The notes beneath the pieces were generated by a model. The model saw nothing but the letters and a program-made list of their open reading frames with translations, was not told the DNA's origin and searched no databases. From NCBI GenBank assembly GCA_963833985.1, contig CAWIAD010000002.1:5376001-5440000 (forward strand): a stretch of DNA of 64,000 nucleotides. The letters run 5' to 3'. How positions within the stretch are numbered: position 1 is the stretch's first letter; every line of letters starts with the position of its first letter. Source of the DNA: an uncultured Planctomycetaceae bacterium. GTDB lineage: Bacteria; Planctomycetota; Planctomycetia; Isosphaerales; Isosphaeraceae. The translations under genes were made by a program, and so were the position numbers. Positions 32,503 through 43,205 of the stretch are shown here, in pieces.

Positions 32503-33147
32503 TCAGTCCTGCTGGAGCACCCGGGCCGCCCGGGAACGCCTGTCCGAGCGCCACCGGCCAGTCCGGGCAGAGCTTCCGGCCGCGCTCCGCGGGGGGGCGG
32601 CACCGGCGCGCGCGCCTCCGCGCGATCGGGCGGTGGCCATGAAGCGGCTCGGGTAGGCCAGCGCATAGCGTTTGCCATTGGCTTCCAGGGTGGCCTGGTT
32701 GGGAGTGACGTCGGCAAGGATGAAGGCCAGGGCCTTGCCGTCGCTGCTCTCGAGTGGCTGACCCTGCCGGTAGAGCCTGCCATTGATGGACGCGTACCTG
32801 GTGTGGCCCTGGATGAACGTGGCGTTCAAGGTGAGGTTGCCGACGAACGTGGCGAACGGGTCGACCGGGGCAGCTACGGTCCCGGCGAGCTTGCCGCCGG
32901 CCTTGCGAGTGGGCTGGACGATGGCCACAAACGGATTTCGCCGGCGCGCGCCGGAGGGACCGCCCGGCGCGGCGGTGGCCGCCGCTCCCGCGGTGTTAGA
33001 CCCGGGCCGGGCGCTCGTGGATTTCGCCTCCCCCGGTTGGGGTTGCGGCGAAGCCGGCCTGGCAGGCTCGATCGAGTAGGCCGCATAGGCCATGACCGCG
33101 GCCATGATCAGGGTGGGGGCCAGCTTCAGTAGTGCCGAGGTGTTCAT
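32503..33147 (-). CDS. PilP/GspC-like assembly protein
   Basis: N-terminal TM, RNPF motif, ASINGRLYRQG; position between PilO-like and ATPase genes. Confidence 0.55.
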   Translation of the reverse strand: MNTSALLKLAPTLIMAAVMAYAAYSIEPARPASPQPQPGEAKSTSARPGSNTAGAAATAAPGGPSGARRRNPFVAIVQPTRKAGGKLAGTVAAPVDPFATFVGNLTLNATFIQGHTRYASINGRLYRQGQPLESSDGKALAFILADVTPNQATLEANGKRYALAYPSRFMATARSRGGARAGAAPPRSAAGSSARTGRWRSDRRSRAARVLQQD

Positions 33148-33734
33148 CGCCGGGCCTCCGGCCTGGCGGACGTGGCCGCGTCGGGGGCCGGACCGGTTTT
33201 TTCCTTCTCCGCCAGGCAGAGCAGGTCCACCTGGACGTTGAGCCTGCCGTCCTTGGCCGGGTCGACCCGCAGGGTGTCGATCCGCAGCAGCCGGATGTCG
33301 TTCTCGACCCAGCGCAGGAACCCGTCGAGGTTCTCGTACGACCCTTCCATTTGCAGCCGCATTCCAATGTTGTCGAACGCGCCGAGATCCCTGGTCTTGA
33401 TGGGCCTGAGGTCAATGATCTTCAAGGGCGACTGACGGACGTGCTCCAGCACGTACTGGTTGAGCTCGTTCTGGCCCCAGTGCTCGGGGATGCGCACCTG
33501 GTAGGGGGAGAGCGTCGCGCGCAGCGCCTCGATCTGGTGGGCGATGGCGGCGCGCTTCTGTTCGCTCTCGGCGCGGGCCGAGGTCAGGGTGATCTGCTCG
33601 TTGGTCGGGCCGTAGAAGCCGAAGTACCATGAGGCCAGCAGCGCTGCGCAGACCAGGAACCGCAGCCGGATGGGGTTGCGTAACTGGGCCAGCGCCTTGC
33701 GCTTCAAGGGTGTGCCCGACGCCTTCTCGCTCAT
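33144..33734 (-). CDS. PilO/GspM-like protein
   Basis: Single TM, coiled coil, LQMEGSYENLDGFLRWVENDIRLLRI. Confidence 0.75.
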   Translation of the reverse strand: MSEKASGTPLKRKALAQLRNPIRLRFLVCAALLASWYFGFYGPTNEQITLTSARAESEQKRAAIAHQIEALRATLSPYQVRIPEHWGQNELNQYVLEHVRQSPLKIIDLRPIKTRDLGAFDNIGMRLQMEGSYENLDGFLRWVENDIRLLRIDTLRVDPAKDGRLNVQVDLLCLAEKEKTGPAPDAATSARPEARR

Positions 33735-35257
33735 CGCGGTCTGGCTCCCTTGGCTGGTTCCACCCGGGGCATGCAGACCACGCTGAACTGGGCGGCCTTG
33801 CCCGAGCCGAAACCGCTCGAGCCAGTGCGCAGGCCGGAGACCTCGATGCTGGGAAACTCGCGCAGGATGGTCGCCTCGGCGCGGAGTGCCGAGAGGAACG
33901 TGTCGATCTCTCCCGGCATGGCGCCGTCCTCGGCCAGCGGAGTGGAGAAGTTGACGACCAGTTGCAGCTTGCCCTTGTTCTGGTTCCCCTTGGTGGGGGC
34001 CTCGAACTCACCGCTGCCGTTCAGGGAGGTGATGATCGTGGTCGGCGGCGCGGCCGCGGCAATCGTGTGCAGCTTGCCCGACCAGAGGACCCGGGATTTC
34101 TGGAACGCTTCGAGCACGCGGATCCGCTCCTCCAGCCCCCGCTTCTGGGTTTCGAGCTTGGGCTGGTCCTGGTCCTTGAGCCAGGTGAAAGCCTGGACCT
34201 TGGAGCTGGCGTTCCTGAGCAGCGTATCCGCGTCGGCCGCCACGCCGCCGACCATGAGCGAAACGCCGGCCGCCAGCACGGCCTGGAAGGCCAGGTCGGC
34301 CCAGGGGAAGATCTCGTGGATGGGGACCTCCGGCCGGAACTCCCGCGCCAGGTTGTGGCCTCCGGTCTCGGCCAGGGGGTTGTTCAGCGCCACGCCCAGG
34401 GCCGCGGCAGAAAGGCTGTAGTCGGGCGCTCCGGCGCGCACCAGGCGGGCGCTGTGCGCTTGTGGAAGTCGTCCGGGTCGATGGCGAGCGTCAGCTCGGG
34501 CCGGCCGTGGATGAACACGGTGTCGATCGGGGTGCTCACGCGCGTATGCCGCCCCAGCATCCAGAGCGTCGAGTAGGACGCCAGGATGGACGCAGCCTCA
34601 TCGCCCTCGGACAGGTCGAAGGCATGCCAGAAGAGCGGCTGGGCGCCGGCGACCTCCATGCCCAGGGCCTGCTTCGGGCCCAGGAAGAAGCGGAGGCAGA
34701 GCTTCGAGCCGCGGGGGGGCGGTGCCGTCGCGGCCGCGGAGCGCAGCAGGCCCATGGGGGCCGGTTCGATCACGGCCACCCGGGTGTCAAGCCGCGCCAG
34801 CAGCTCGGCCAGGGGGACGATCACCGCCCGGGGACAGGCCGACAGGCAGGCCAGCGGCTGCTTGTTGCACTCAACCTTCAGCAGATCGATGATCCGATCC
34901 TCGGCGCGGAGGTTGGTGGCCTGCACGGCCTCGAGGAAGAAATTCTGGGGCGGCGCCAGGCGGTTGGCCGGGGTGATCGGCACCGTTGCCTGGAAGAGGC
35001 GCGACTCGGCCAGGCCGACCTGCACCCAGGGCCGGTGTCCCTTGCCGCTGGCCCGAGCCCGCGCAGGCGGCAGCCAGGGCTCGAGCATCGGCCGCAGCGT
35101 CTCCTCAATTGAATCCGCAGTGCATTCGCGCAGGCTCGTGCGCGATCTCCCGGCGGCCCGCCAGCGTCGTCGCCACGACGCTCATGGCCACCTGCTGTTG
35201 ATCGATCACCAGGCCGATCGCCGGCCGGTAGCGCAGCCATTTCGAGGGGACGTTCAT
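33731..35257 (-). CDS. PilM-PilN-like (GspL-like) fusion, frameshifts near 35120 and 34450
   Basis: Start MNVPSKWLRYRPAIGLVID (actin-like PilM opening), internal NLARE motif, TM, coiled coil and PilN-like C-terminus. Confidence 0.6.
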
Positions 35258-35547
35258 GATCAGGCTTGTTCACGAGAGCGACCGGGGCCAGTGCGCAACC
35301 TCTTGGTCCGCGCAGTGCATCCATCTCAGAAGCCTAGGACAGATTCAGAACCCGTCAAATCGACGGCCCGCGCTGTCCGCCCGCAGCGCTCGGGGCGTAC
35401 GAGGCAAGTCAGGTCGCCCGGGTGCGACATTCCTGCCGCAGCCGCCGGGGCGTGGCCTACGCTTGAAATGAGAGCCGCGCTGGCCGTGAGTGCCACGTCG
35501 TTGCGCCGGCATGATCATTTCGACAACCCGAGCTGGGGAGGTGCCTC

Positions 35548-36642
35548 TTGCCGTTTGAGGAATGGGTGGTCGCGCATGCCCGCGTCTCCAAGAAGCCGCA
35601 CAGGGGGGCCAAGCTGGAGGACACCCTCGCCTTCTTCCACCAGCTCTCCACCCTGGTGACCTCCGGGACACCGCTCTTGCAGGCCCTGAAGATTGCCTCG
35701 GCCCAGTGCGAGAGCACCAGGCTGCGCGCCATCCTGGAGCAGATCACCATCCGGGTGTCGTCCGGCAGCACCTTCCACTCGGCGGCGGCGAGCTATCCGC
35801 AGATCTTCGAGTTCCAGTGGATCGAGGCCATCCGCACCGGCGAGGTGACCGGCAAGATGTCCCAGGTGCTGGTGGAGCTGAACAAGCAGATCCGCGACGC
35901 CCGGGAGACCAAGCGCAAGGTGAAAGCGTCGCTCATGTACCCGATGATTCTCATCTGCGTCGCGGTGATCGCCGTGACGGTCATGCTCTGGATGGTGGTG
36001 CCCACCTTCGCCAAGATGTTCAAGGACATGGATGCCAAGCTTCCGGCCATCACCCAGTACGTGGTCGACGCGTCGGACTTCATCGTTCATTACGGGCTCT
36101 ACATCCTGGTCACCGTGGTGGTCGTGGTCCTGGTGTTCAAGAAGTTCATGAAGACCGAGAACGGCAAGCGGTACGTCGGCGGGTCGCTCATGGTGCTGCC
36201 CAGCGTGGGCGAGCTGATGGTTCAGATGGCGATGTACAAGTTCGCCTCGAACCTGTCGCTGCTCTTGAAGAGCGGCGTGCCAATGCTGGAAACGATCAAC
36301 ACCGTCAAGGGGATCTTCCAGAACGATCCGCTCTACCGTGACGCCCTGGAACGGGTCAGCGCCCGGGTCGCGGCCGGCAAGGCGCTCTACCTCTCGCTCC
36401 AGGAGACGGGTCTGTTCCTGCCGATGCTCACCAGCATGGTCCAGGTGGGCGAGGAGTCGGGCCAGCTCGCCGCGGTCATGGAGCAGATCGCCCCCTTCTT
36501 CAAGGAGAAGATGGAGACAATGGTGCTGAAGGTGACCAAGATGCTCGAGCCCATCATCATCATGTTCATGGGCATATCGATCGCCGGCTTGATGCTGGCC
36601 ATCTACATGCCCATGTTCGAGATGGCAGGCAACGTCAAGTGA
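35548..36642 (+). CDS. GspF/PilC platform protein
   Basis: QLSTLVTSGTPL, GEVTG, LMYP, GEESGQL, MLEP, AIYMPMF. Confidence 0.93.
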   Translation: MPFEEWVVAHARVSKKPHRGAKLEDTLAFFHQLSTLVTSGTPLLQALKIASAQCESTRLRAILEQITIRVSSGSTFHSAAASYPQIFEFQWIEAIRTGEVTGKMSQVLVELNKQIRDARETKRKVKASLMYPMILICVAVIAVTVMLWMVVPTFAKMFKDMDAKLPAITQYVVDASDFIVHYGLYILVTVVVVVLVFKKFMKTENGKRYVGGSLMVLPSVGELMVQMAMYKFASNLSLLLKSGVPMLETINTVKGIFQNDPLYRDALERVSARVAAGKALYLSLQETGLFLPMLTSMVQVGEESGQLAAVMEQIAPFFKEKMETMVLKVTKMLEPIIIMFMGISIAGLMLAIYMPMFEMAGNVK

Positions 36643-37124
36643 GCGGCGATATTGAACACGGGGAACACCGGTGGAGCACGATTCTCTTGCGATGCGGTAG
36701 CAGAATCCTGGCAGGTCGAAGAGCGTACACGCTGGTCGAGATGACCATCGTACTCACCGTGATGGCGATCCTCATCTCGATGGCCATGCCGCGGTTCTCG
36801 CGGTCGCTGGAATCGGCCAAGGCGGACGTGGCCGGCGCCAACCTGCGAGCCATCTGGGCGGCCGAGCGGCTGTACTGGCTGGATCATCGCAATTACACCA
36901 GCAGCCTCGACACCCTGGTCAGCCAGAACCTGCTAGACCCCTCGATCACGGCGAACACGTCCTATAGTTACCTTGTCACCACGGCGGACAGCGCCACGTT
37001 CAGCGCGACGGCGCAGCGACTGAACGGCTCGTGGTCCGGATCGTTCACGATTGATCAGACCGGGGCGATCAGCGGCAACCTGACGTGCCCGGGCCAGGAC
37101 TCCATTGTGGTTGGCTTCCAGTGA
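36639..37124 (+). CDS. type IV (pseudo)pilin
   Basis: RRA|YTLVEMTIVLTVMAILISMAMP. Confidence 0.85.
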   Translation: MSGDIEHGEHRWSTILLRCGSRILAGRRAYTLVEMTIVLTVMAILISMAMPRFSRSLESAKADVAGANLRAIWAAERLYWLDHRNYTSSLDTLVSQNLLDPSITANTSYSYLVTTADSATFSATAQRLNGSWSGSFTIDQTGAISGNLTCPGQDSIVVGFQ

Positions 37125-37137
37125 TGCCGGGAGACTC

Positions 37138-37590
37138 ATGAAGCGCGCAGGCGGTTTCTTTGCAGGTCCAGGCCGAGGGCGGCGCCGCGGGGCATCGCTG
37201 CTGGAGGTCCAGATTGCCTTCGCCGTGCTGGGCATCGGCCTGGCGGGGCTTTGCCCGTTCGTGGTCACGCAGCTGCGGCAAGTGACGCGGCTGGAGTCGC
37301 GACTGGCCGCCAACAGGTATGTCTCCACCTATGTCTACGAACCGAGCGGGCCGGTCGTCAGGCCCGGCTCGGGTACGGTGTATTACCTGGTTCCCTGGAA
37401 CAACCCCTGGACGCAGAAGCTGACGACGCGGGCCCAGCTGCTCACGTCCCCGGCCAACTCCGGCGACCCGGCCGTCTCTACCCGGCCGGCCAGCGGCTTT
37501 CCCCACGTGACGCTGCCCCAGGCGGTCTCGCTCTCGCTGGACGGCAACGGCACCGTCACGAGCCTGACCGCCGTGGTCCAGGTGCAATGA
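37138..37590 (+). CDS. minor pilin (PilV/GspI-like)
   Basis: RRRG|ASLLEVQIAFAVLGIGL. Confidence 0.75.
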   Translation: MKRAGGFFAGPGRGRRRGASLLEVQIAFAVLGIGLAGLCPFVVTQLRQVTRLESRLAANRYVSTYVYEPSGPVVRPGSGTVYYLVPWNNPWTQKLTTRAQLLTSPANSGDPAVSTRPASGFPHVTLPQAVSLSLDGNGTVTSLTAVVQVQ

Positions 37591-37614
37591 ACGAAACACA
37601 ACGGCGACACAGCG

Positions 37615-38211
37615 ATGCACCTGAGCTGGCAACGCAAGAAAGGCCAATGCCCGCGATGCCGCGGCTTCACCATCATCGAGATGGTCGTGGCCACGTTCCT
37701 GACGGCGCTCCTGGCGGTGCTGCTGGCGGTGGCCATGGCCACGTTCGCCCGCCCGGCCGCCGAGGTCGACGGCCGCACCAAGCTGGCCCTCGAGGCAAGC
37801 ATCGCCGCCGAGAGCCTGGCCCGCGACCTCGGCGGCTTCCTCGCCGACAACTCGGGAACCCCCGGAACTCTCAACCAGTACCAGTTCACGAGCTGGTCGT
37901 TCTCGACCGATGGCTCGACGCTCTACCTCAACTACCAGGGAGCCTCCGGGCCCCCTCTGATCGTGACCTACCAGCAAGATCCACAGCACTACCAGCTTAT
38001 CCGCAACCAGCTCAGTACCGGCGTGCAAAACGTCGTGGCCCAGCATGTCACGTCGTTCCATGTCGCGGCCGATACCGCCAACCCGAACAACGTGCGGGTC
38101 CAGCTTGGCCTGACCTATCCGGACCCGTCGAGCACCCGCCTTTATCCCAGGTTTGAAGGCACCTACGTCTTGATCGGAGTTCCACCGCCGCCATGTCCCC
38201 CGCCCCGCTGA
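37615..38211 (+). CDS. minor pilin (PilW/GspJ-like)
   Basis: RG|FTIIEMVVATFLTALL...LARDL. Confidence 0.8.
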   Translation: MHLSWQRKKGQCPRCRGFTIIEMVVATFLTALLAVLLAVAMATFARPAAEVDGRTKLALEASIAAESLARDLGGFLADNSGTPGTLNQYQFTSWSFSTDGSTLYLNYQGASGPPLIVTYQQDPQHYQLIRNQLSTGVQNVVAQHVTSFHVAADTANPNNVRVQLGLTYPDPSSTRLYPRFEGTYVLIGVPPPPCPPPR

Positions 38212-38216
38212 GAGCC

Positions 38217-38576
38217 ATGCTGCGCCGCGGCTACTCGCTGACGGTCGTCCTGCTCTTCCTGGTGCTCCTGTTCTGCCTGTGGGCCGCGGTCTACCGCACC
38301 ACGGCCAGCTTCCTTCGCACCGAGACCGTCCGCGTGAAGCGCAACGACCTGGACGAAGGGATGACGGCCGCCCTGGGCCAGGCGCTCTGGTACCTGGAAA
38401 CCAACCCCACGCTGGCCCGCAATGCCGTCACCTACGGGGTCACGGTCGCGGTGAGCCCAAGCAATCCCAATGGCCCGGATTACACCCTCACGTTCACTCC
38501 CACCAGCTCGCCCAGCAACGGCTGGAGCATCACCGTGAAGCCCGGCACGTACCCCACGCCCTTGCCAGGATCATGA
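38217..38576 (+). CDS. minor pilin lacking Glu5 (PilX/GspK-like)
   Basis: MLRRG|YSLTVVLLFLVLL. Confidence 0.7.
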   Translation: MLRRGYSLTVVLLFLVLLFCLWAAVYRTTASFLRTETVRVKRNDLDEGMTAALGQALWYLETNPTLARNAVTYGVTVAVSPSNPNGPDYTLTFTPTSSPSNGWSITVKPGTYPTPLPGS

Positions 38577-38687
38577 GCCCGCCGCGCGCGGCACCCAGAC
38601 TCAGACCCGGCCGCAACGCGACGACCGCTCTGGCCGGCAACGCGTGAGAATCAGGGGCTCACCCCCGGGGACGCCTGGTCTCCTTGC

Positions 38688-38900
38688 GTGGGTCAAGATT
38701 CCAATCTTGACATTAATTGAGATAATCATAAATTGAATTGAAGAGACACGATCGGAATCGTGTCCCACGACAGAAGTGACACGATCGGAATCGTGTCCCA
38801 CGACAGAAGTGACACGATCGGAATCGTGTCCCACGACAGAAGTGACACGATCGGAATCGTGTCCCACGACGGAGGAGACACGATCCCAGGCTTGTACCAC
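38688..38900. repeat. REP-like doublet with a tandemly amplified arm (33-bp unit x4 plus one degenerate copy)
   Basis: GTGGGTCAAGATTCCAATCTTGAC (38688-38711), AT-rich spacer, then GACACGATCGGAATCGTGTCCCAC at 38745, 38778, 38811 and 38844 with linker GACAGAAGT; degenerate copy at 38877. Confidence 0.9.
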
Positions 38901-39139
38901 GAGGGCAAAGACGTGGTGTTTCCTCAGTTTCTGATTGTTCTCCATTCGGGGCGAACTTCCGGACTCAGTTTCCGCACAACCGGAACTATCATTGAAGGCC
39001 GCAGAGCCGTTGTGTCGAAATCAAGATCAGTTTTCGGTACGCCGCGCCCGTGATCGCGGCCGCCTGGTCCAACCGCGTTGCGAGCGGGCGGTCCCGGGAC
39101 GGCCCCTCGGAGCGCCGGTTCTGGAGGCAAGCCCGGGCC

Positions 39140-39865
39140 ATGCGTCAGTGCAAGCACATTCCACTGTTCGCCCTCATCGGTTCCAGCCTGCTGGCCAGCG
39201 GCTGCGGTGCGCTGGGATGGTATCGCGCCGTCGGCGACTTGCCCGGAATCGCCCCCAGCGACTACGCGTTCTACCGGTTCTGCGGCACATCCTCGCAGGT
39301 CTTCCAGTTTTCCTTGCCGCAGGTGCAGACCGCCGCGGTCCAGGCCCTTCTGGACCTGGGGTTCTACGACCTCGGACCTGCCAAACCGTGCGCTGACGGA
39401 GCGCTGGCGATGTTCGCACGGACCCAGGACGGCCGGCCCACCCGGATCACCTTCACGCCACAGAACACCATGACGAACATGCGGATCACGATCGGCCCGG
39501 CGCATGTGGGCGACGAGCTGCTCTCACGCGATGTGCTCCGCCGGGTGGCCCTCAATTTCGGCACGCTGCCGCGAGATTACATGCCGCTGGAGCCAATCCT
39601 GGCGCGGCGCATCAATCCACCGCGCATGGCGCGGCCCCTGGTGCAGCCTGAGCAGCCCATCACGCTTCAGGGCGAGGCTCTCCAGCCGGGCGAGACCCGC
39701 GCCCCTCAGCCGGAATTCACCGCACCCGTGACCGGAACCGGCTCCGGTGCCATCCCGCCACCCTTCGACCCGTATCGTTACGGGTATCCCATTCCGTTCT
39801 ATTCCCCCACACTTCCCTATCCTTACGGCAACCCCACCCCCGAGCAGACGATGAATCCGTACTGA
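39140..39865 (+). CDS. putative lipoprotein (DUF3568-like), candidate pilotin
   Basis: Lipobox LASGC; directly upstream of the secretin. Confidence 0.6.
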   Translation: MRQCKHIPLFALIGSSLLASGCGALGWYRAVGDLPGIAPSDYAFYRFCGTSSQVFQFSLPQVQTAAVQALLDLGFYDLGPAKPCADGALAMFARTQDGRPTRITFTPQNTMTNMRITIGPAHVGDELLSRDVLRRVALNFGTLPRDYMPLEPILARRINPPRMARPLVQPEQPITLQGEALQPGETRAPQPEFTAPVTGTGSGAIPPPFDPYRYGYPIPFYSPTLPYPYGNPTPEQTMNPY

Positions 39866-40079
39866 GCATCCGAACAGATACCCTCAAAGTCGCTTTTATC
39901 GGAACCATCCTTAAGTTCGTCAGAGCGGGTGCCGACTTCTAAGAAAGAGAAAGCAAATCCCTCTTGCCGGGAGGCCGGCCCGACGCGGCCGGATCGATCT
40001 GCTCCTGGCCTCAAGGCGAGGCAATGTTGCCGGCCCATCGAGGTACGGACGTGTCCCGAATCGACAAGGATCAGTTCCC

Positions 40080-43053
40080 TTGAACCGGATGATCATCGCG
40101 GGGATCAAGCGACTGGTGCTGAGCCTGGGCCTGGTGGGCATGAGCCTGGCCGCGGCCGTGTTCGCCAAAGAGCCGGCGGCCACCGCCGGGGACGACGCGT
40201 CCACGGCACGTTCGCTCACTCTGCTGACCTCGCTCCTGAGCCAGGAAGGAGCGGCCGGCAGCCAGAGCCCGGGCCAGACGCCGCCACCTGCTCCGATGCC
40301 GGCGGCCGGCGCCGAAAGCGGCAGCGGCGCGGGCGGCCAGGTTCCCGGCGCGGCGCCCTTGCCTGTTCCAGAGCCGGCGCAGGCCGGTGCGGGAGCACCC
40401 GGTGAACCGGCCCAGCGCGCCACGCCCCCTCCTCCCGAGCCCGCGCCGCCGGGACTTCCCGAGAGACCGGCCGGCGCCCGGCGCGGGCCCAGGCTGCCAG
40501 CGACAGCCAGCCGCAAGAGGTCAAGTTTGATAACGAAGGCCTGGTCACCATGCACACCAGCGAGCTGGACGTCCGCCAGTTGCTGGAGCTGATCAGCCGC
40601 CGGAGCGGCCTGAACATCCTTATCTCTCCCAAGGTGAGCGGCACCATCACGGCCAATTTCGAGCGCGTGACGATCCAGGAACTGCTCCGCTCCGTGCTCA
40701 AGCTGGCCGAGCTCGTGGAGAAGGTGGAGGGCGGTATCCACTTCATCTACTCGCGCGAGGAGCTCAAGGCCGCCGCCGAAACCACCAAGAAAGAGCGGAT
40801 CGTCACCAAGGTCTACCGCCTGAACTATGTCCGTGCGGACGAGCTGATGGTCATGATCAGCCCGTTTCTGAGCAACGACGTGGGCAAGAAGCGATTCGCC
40901 ACGTCGGCGAATTACCTCTTCGGCATCAGCGAATCCTCCACGCTGGCCACAGGCGGCACCGGCGGCGTGGGCGGCTCGGCGGGCGGAGGCGGTGGCGGCG
41001 GCGCGGCGGGCGGCATCGCACCGGGCGGCGCGGGAACCATCCAGCGCGGCACCCAGCCCATCACGGGCGGTGCCTCGATGGCCAGCAACGACGTCGTCGT
41101 CATCCAGGATTACGAATCCAATCTCAAGATCATCGACCAGATCATCCAGCGGCTCGACGTCCAGCCGGTACAGGTGCTGATCGAAGCGGTGATCATCAGC
41201 ATCGAGCTGGATATCGACAAGCAGCTCGGCGTCAACTTCGCCCTGGTGGACAACCTGGGTCAGCAGCTCGGCACCATCGGCGCCGGAACGGCCATCAACG
41301 GCAATGTGGGATTCACGCCGGCCTCGGTGCTCACAGCCGCCGGCAAGCTTGCCGCCAGCACCACCGCGCCGGACCCCAGCGGCTTCGCATCGCCCGTCAA
41401 CGGCATCAAGTACGGGTTCGTCTCGAACAATATCACCGGCTTCATCCGCGCCCTGGAGAGCATTGGCAGCACCAAGATTCTGGCGAGCCCGCGGATCCTC
41501 GTGCTCAACAAGCAGCGTGCCGAGATCCAGCTTGGCTCGCGCCTCGGCTTCCGCTCGACGGTCACGCAGAACATCATCGGCACCACGCAGGCCGTGCAGT
41601 TCCTCAATACGGGCACGCTCCTGCGGCTGCGCCCCTTCGTCTCCAACGACGACGTCATCCGCATGGAGATTCACCCCGAACGGAGCGCGGGCGTTGTCGA
41701 TGCCACAACGGGCCTGCCCAGCCAGACGCTCGCGGAGCTGACGACCAACGTCATGGTTCCCAACGGTGCCACCCTGGTCATCGGCGGCCTCATGGAAGAC
41801 AACGACAATTACCAGATCACCGGCCTGCCCGGTCTGTCCAAGCTGCCCATCCTGGGATACCTGTTCGGGCGCGCGAGAAGATCGACCAGCGCCGCGAGCT
41901 GGTGGTCTTGCTCACGCCGCACATCTGGGCGCCGGCGCACGCGGGAACCAATCCGATGCCGCTGGCCATCAAGGACAGCAAGGGATTCGCGGAACGTCCC
42001 GGTGATGCCGCAACGGGAACCGCCAATGCTCCGGCCACAGCCACGGCCACGGCCTTCGCGCCCCAGCCGGCCACCGGAGACGTCTCATGGGCAAGGCCAG
42101 GCCAGGCACCGGCCGCCAGGCCCGCGCCGGATCGTGCCAGCGCCACGGGTCCGGAGACGCTCGATCCCGCCCCGGGCCTGGCCGTGGCCGACACGCTGGA
42201 GGCCCCCCAGGAGCTGCATCCGGCGGATCTGCTGGCCTCGTCAGCGGAGAAGACCGCGCCCGGCGGTGCCCGTGTCGACCCCATGGTGGCCCCGGCGTCC
42301 CTGGTGACCGCGCAGCCCACAGCGAACGTTGCGTCTCCCATGCCGTCAGCGGCGAACCGGACGCCCTTCGTTTCCTTGCCGGCCGAACCTTCCCTGAGAA
42401 TGCATACCGTGCATCGCGGTGAGGATTTCTCGTCGATCGCCCGGGCTTACTACGGCTCATCCCGCCTTGGCCGGTCGCTCTGGTGGGCGAACCGCAAGAC
42501 GGTCCCCTGGCCCGGCGCCCTGGCCGTGGGAACGAGGATCCTCATTCCGCCGCAGGAGCAGGTGGAAGGCCGCTCCTCCGGACGCTGGCCCGGCCGCGCG
42601 CAGGCATCCGCGCAGCCCCAGGTACAGTCCGGGCTTCCCCCTCAAGCATTGGCCCAGCCGCTGCCGCTGGCCCAGCCTCCACCGGAGAGCCGACCCCAGA
42701 CGTTCGCCCTGCCCAGGCCAGACATTCAACCCAGGCCGGCCCTGCCCAGGCCGGCCCTGCCCAGGCCGGACATTCAACCCAGGCCGGCCCTGCCTCAGCC
42801 GTCCCCGCCCGTGCACTCTCCGGTCCAGGCCGTGGCCGGCAGCGCCGCGCCCGAGGGCGGTTACGCCATCCACGTGGTCCGGCCGTACGAAACCCTGCGC
42901 GGCATCGCCCGCGACCGGCTGGGCGACCCGGCCCGGTTCGCCGAGATCGCCGAGCTGAACCGTGACTTGCTCGCCGCCGGCCGGTTCACGCCCGGCATGC
43001 GGCTCCTGCTCCCTCAGGACGCGCGCCCGCTTGCCCGCTCGGCAGACCGGTAG
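40080..43053 (+). CDS. secretin (GspD/PilQ family) with C-terminal tandem LysM domains; frameshifts near 40480 and 41870
   Basis: Signal peptide; YRLNYVRA, QVLIEAVI, ILASPRILVLN, NTGTLLRLRP, TLVIGGLM, LPILGYLF, then RELVVLLTPHI in the frame that continues to two LysM repeats. Confidence 0.85.
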
Positions 43054-43205
43054 ATTGAATCGCGTTCAGGATTGAGGCGGCCAGCGGGATTCACCTTTAC
43101 GGCCCGTCCCGCCGAGATATGATCCTGTCATCTCCTCCTTGAGCCGCACGTCCCACGTGAGCGCATTCCAATCAACTCGACCTGAACCTGGTAAGGGGCA
43201 AGACC

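Noticed and set aside
38745..38900. CRISPR array
   Set aside because: Linkers are 9 bp and essentially identical, no cas genes, and the unit recurs as dispersed REP-like doublets.
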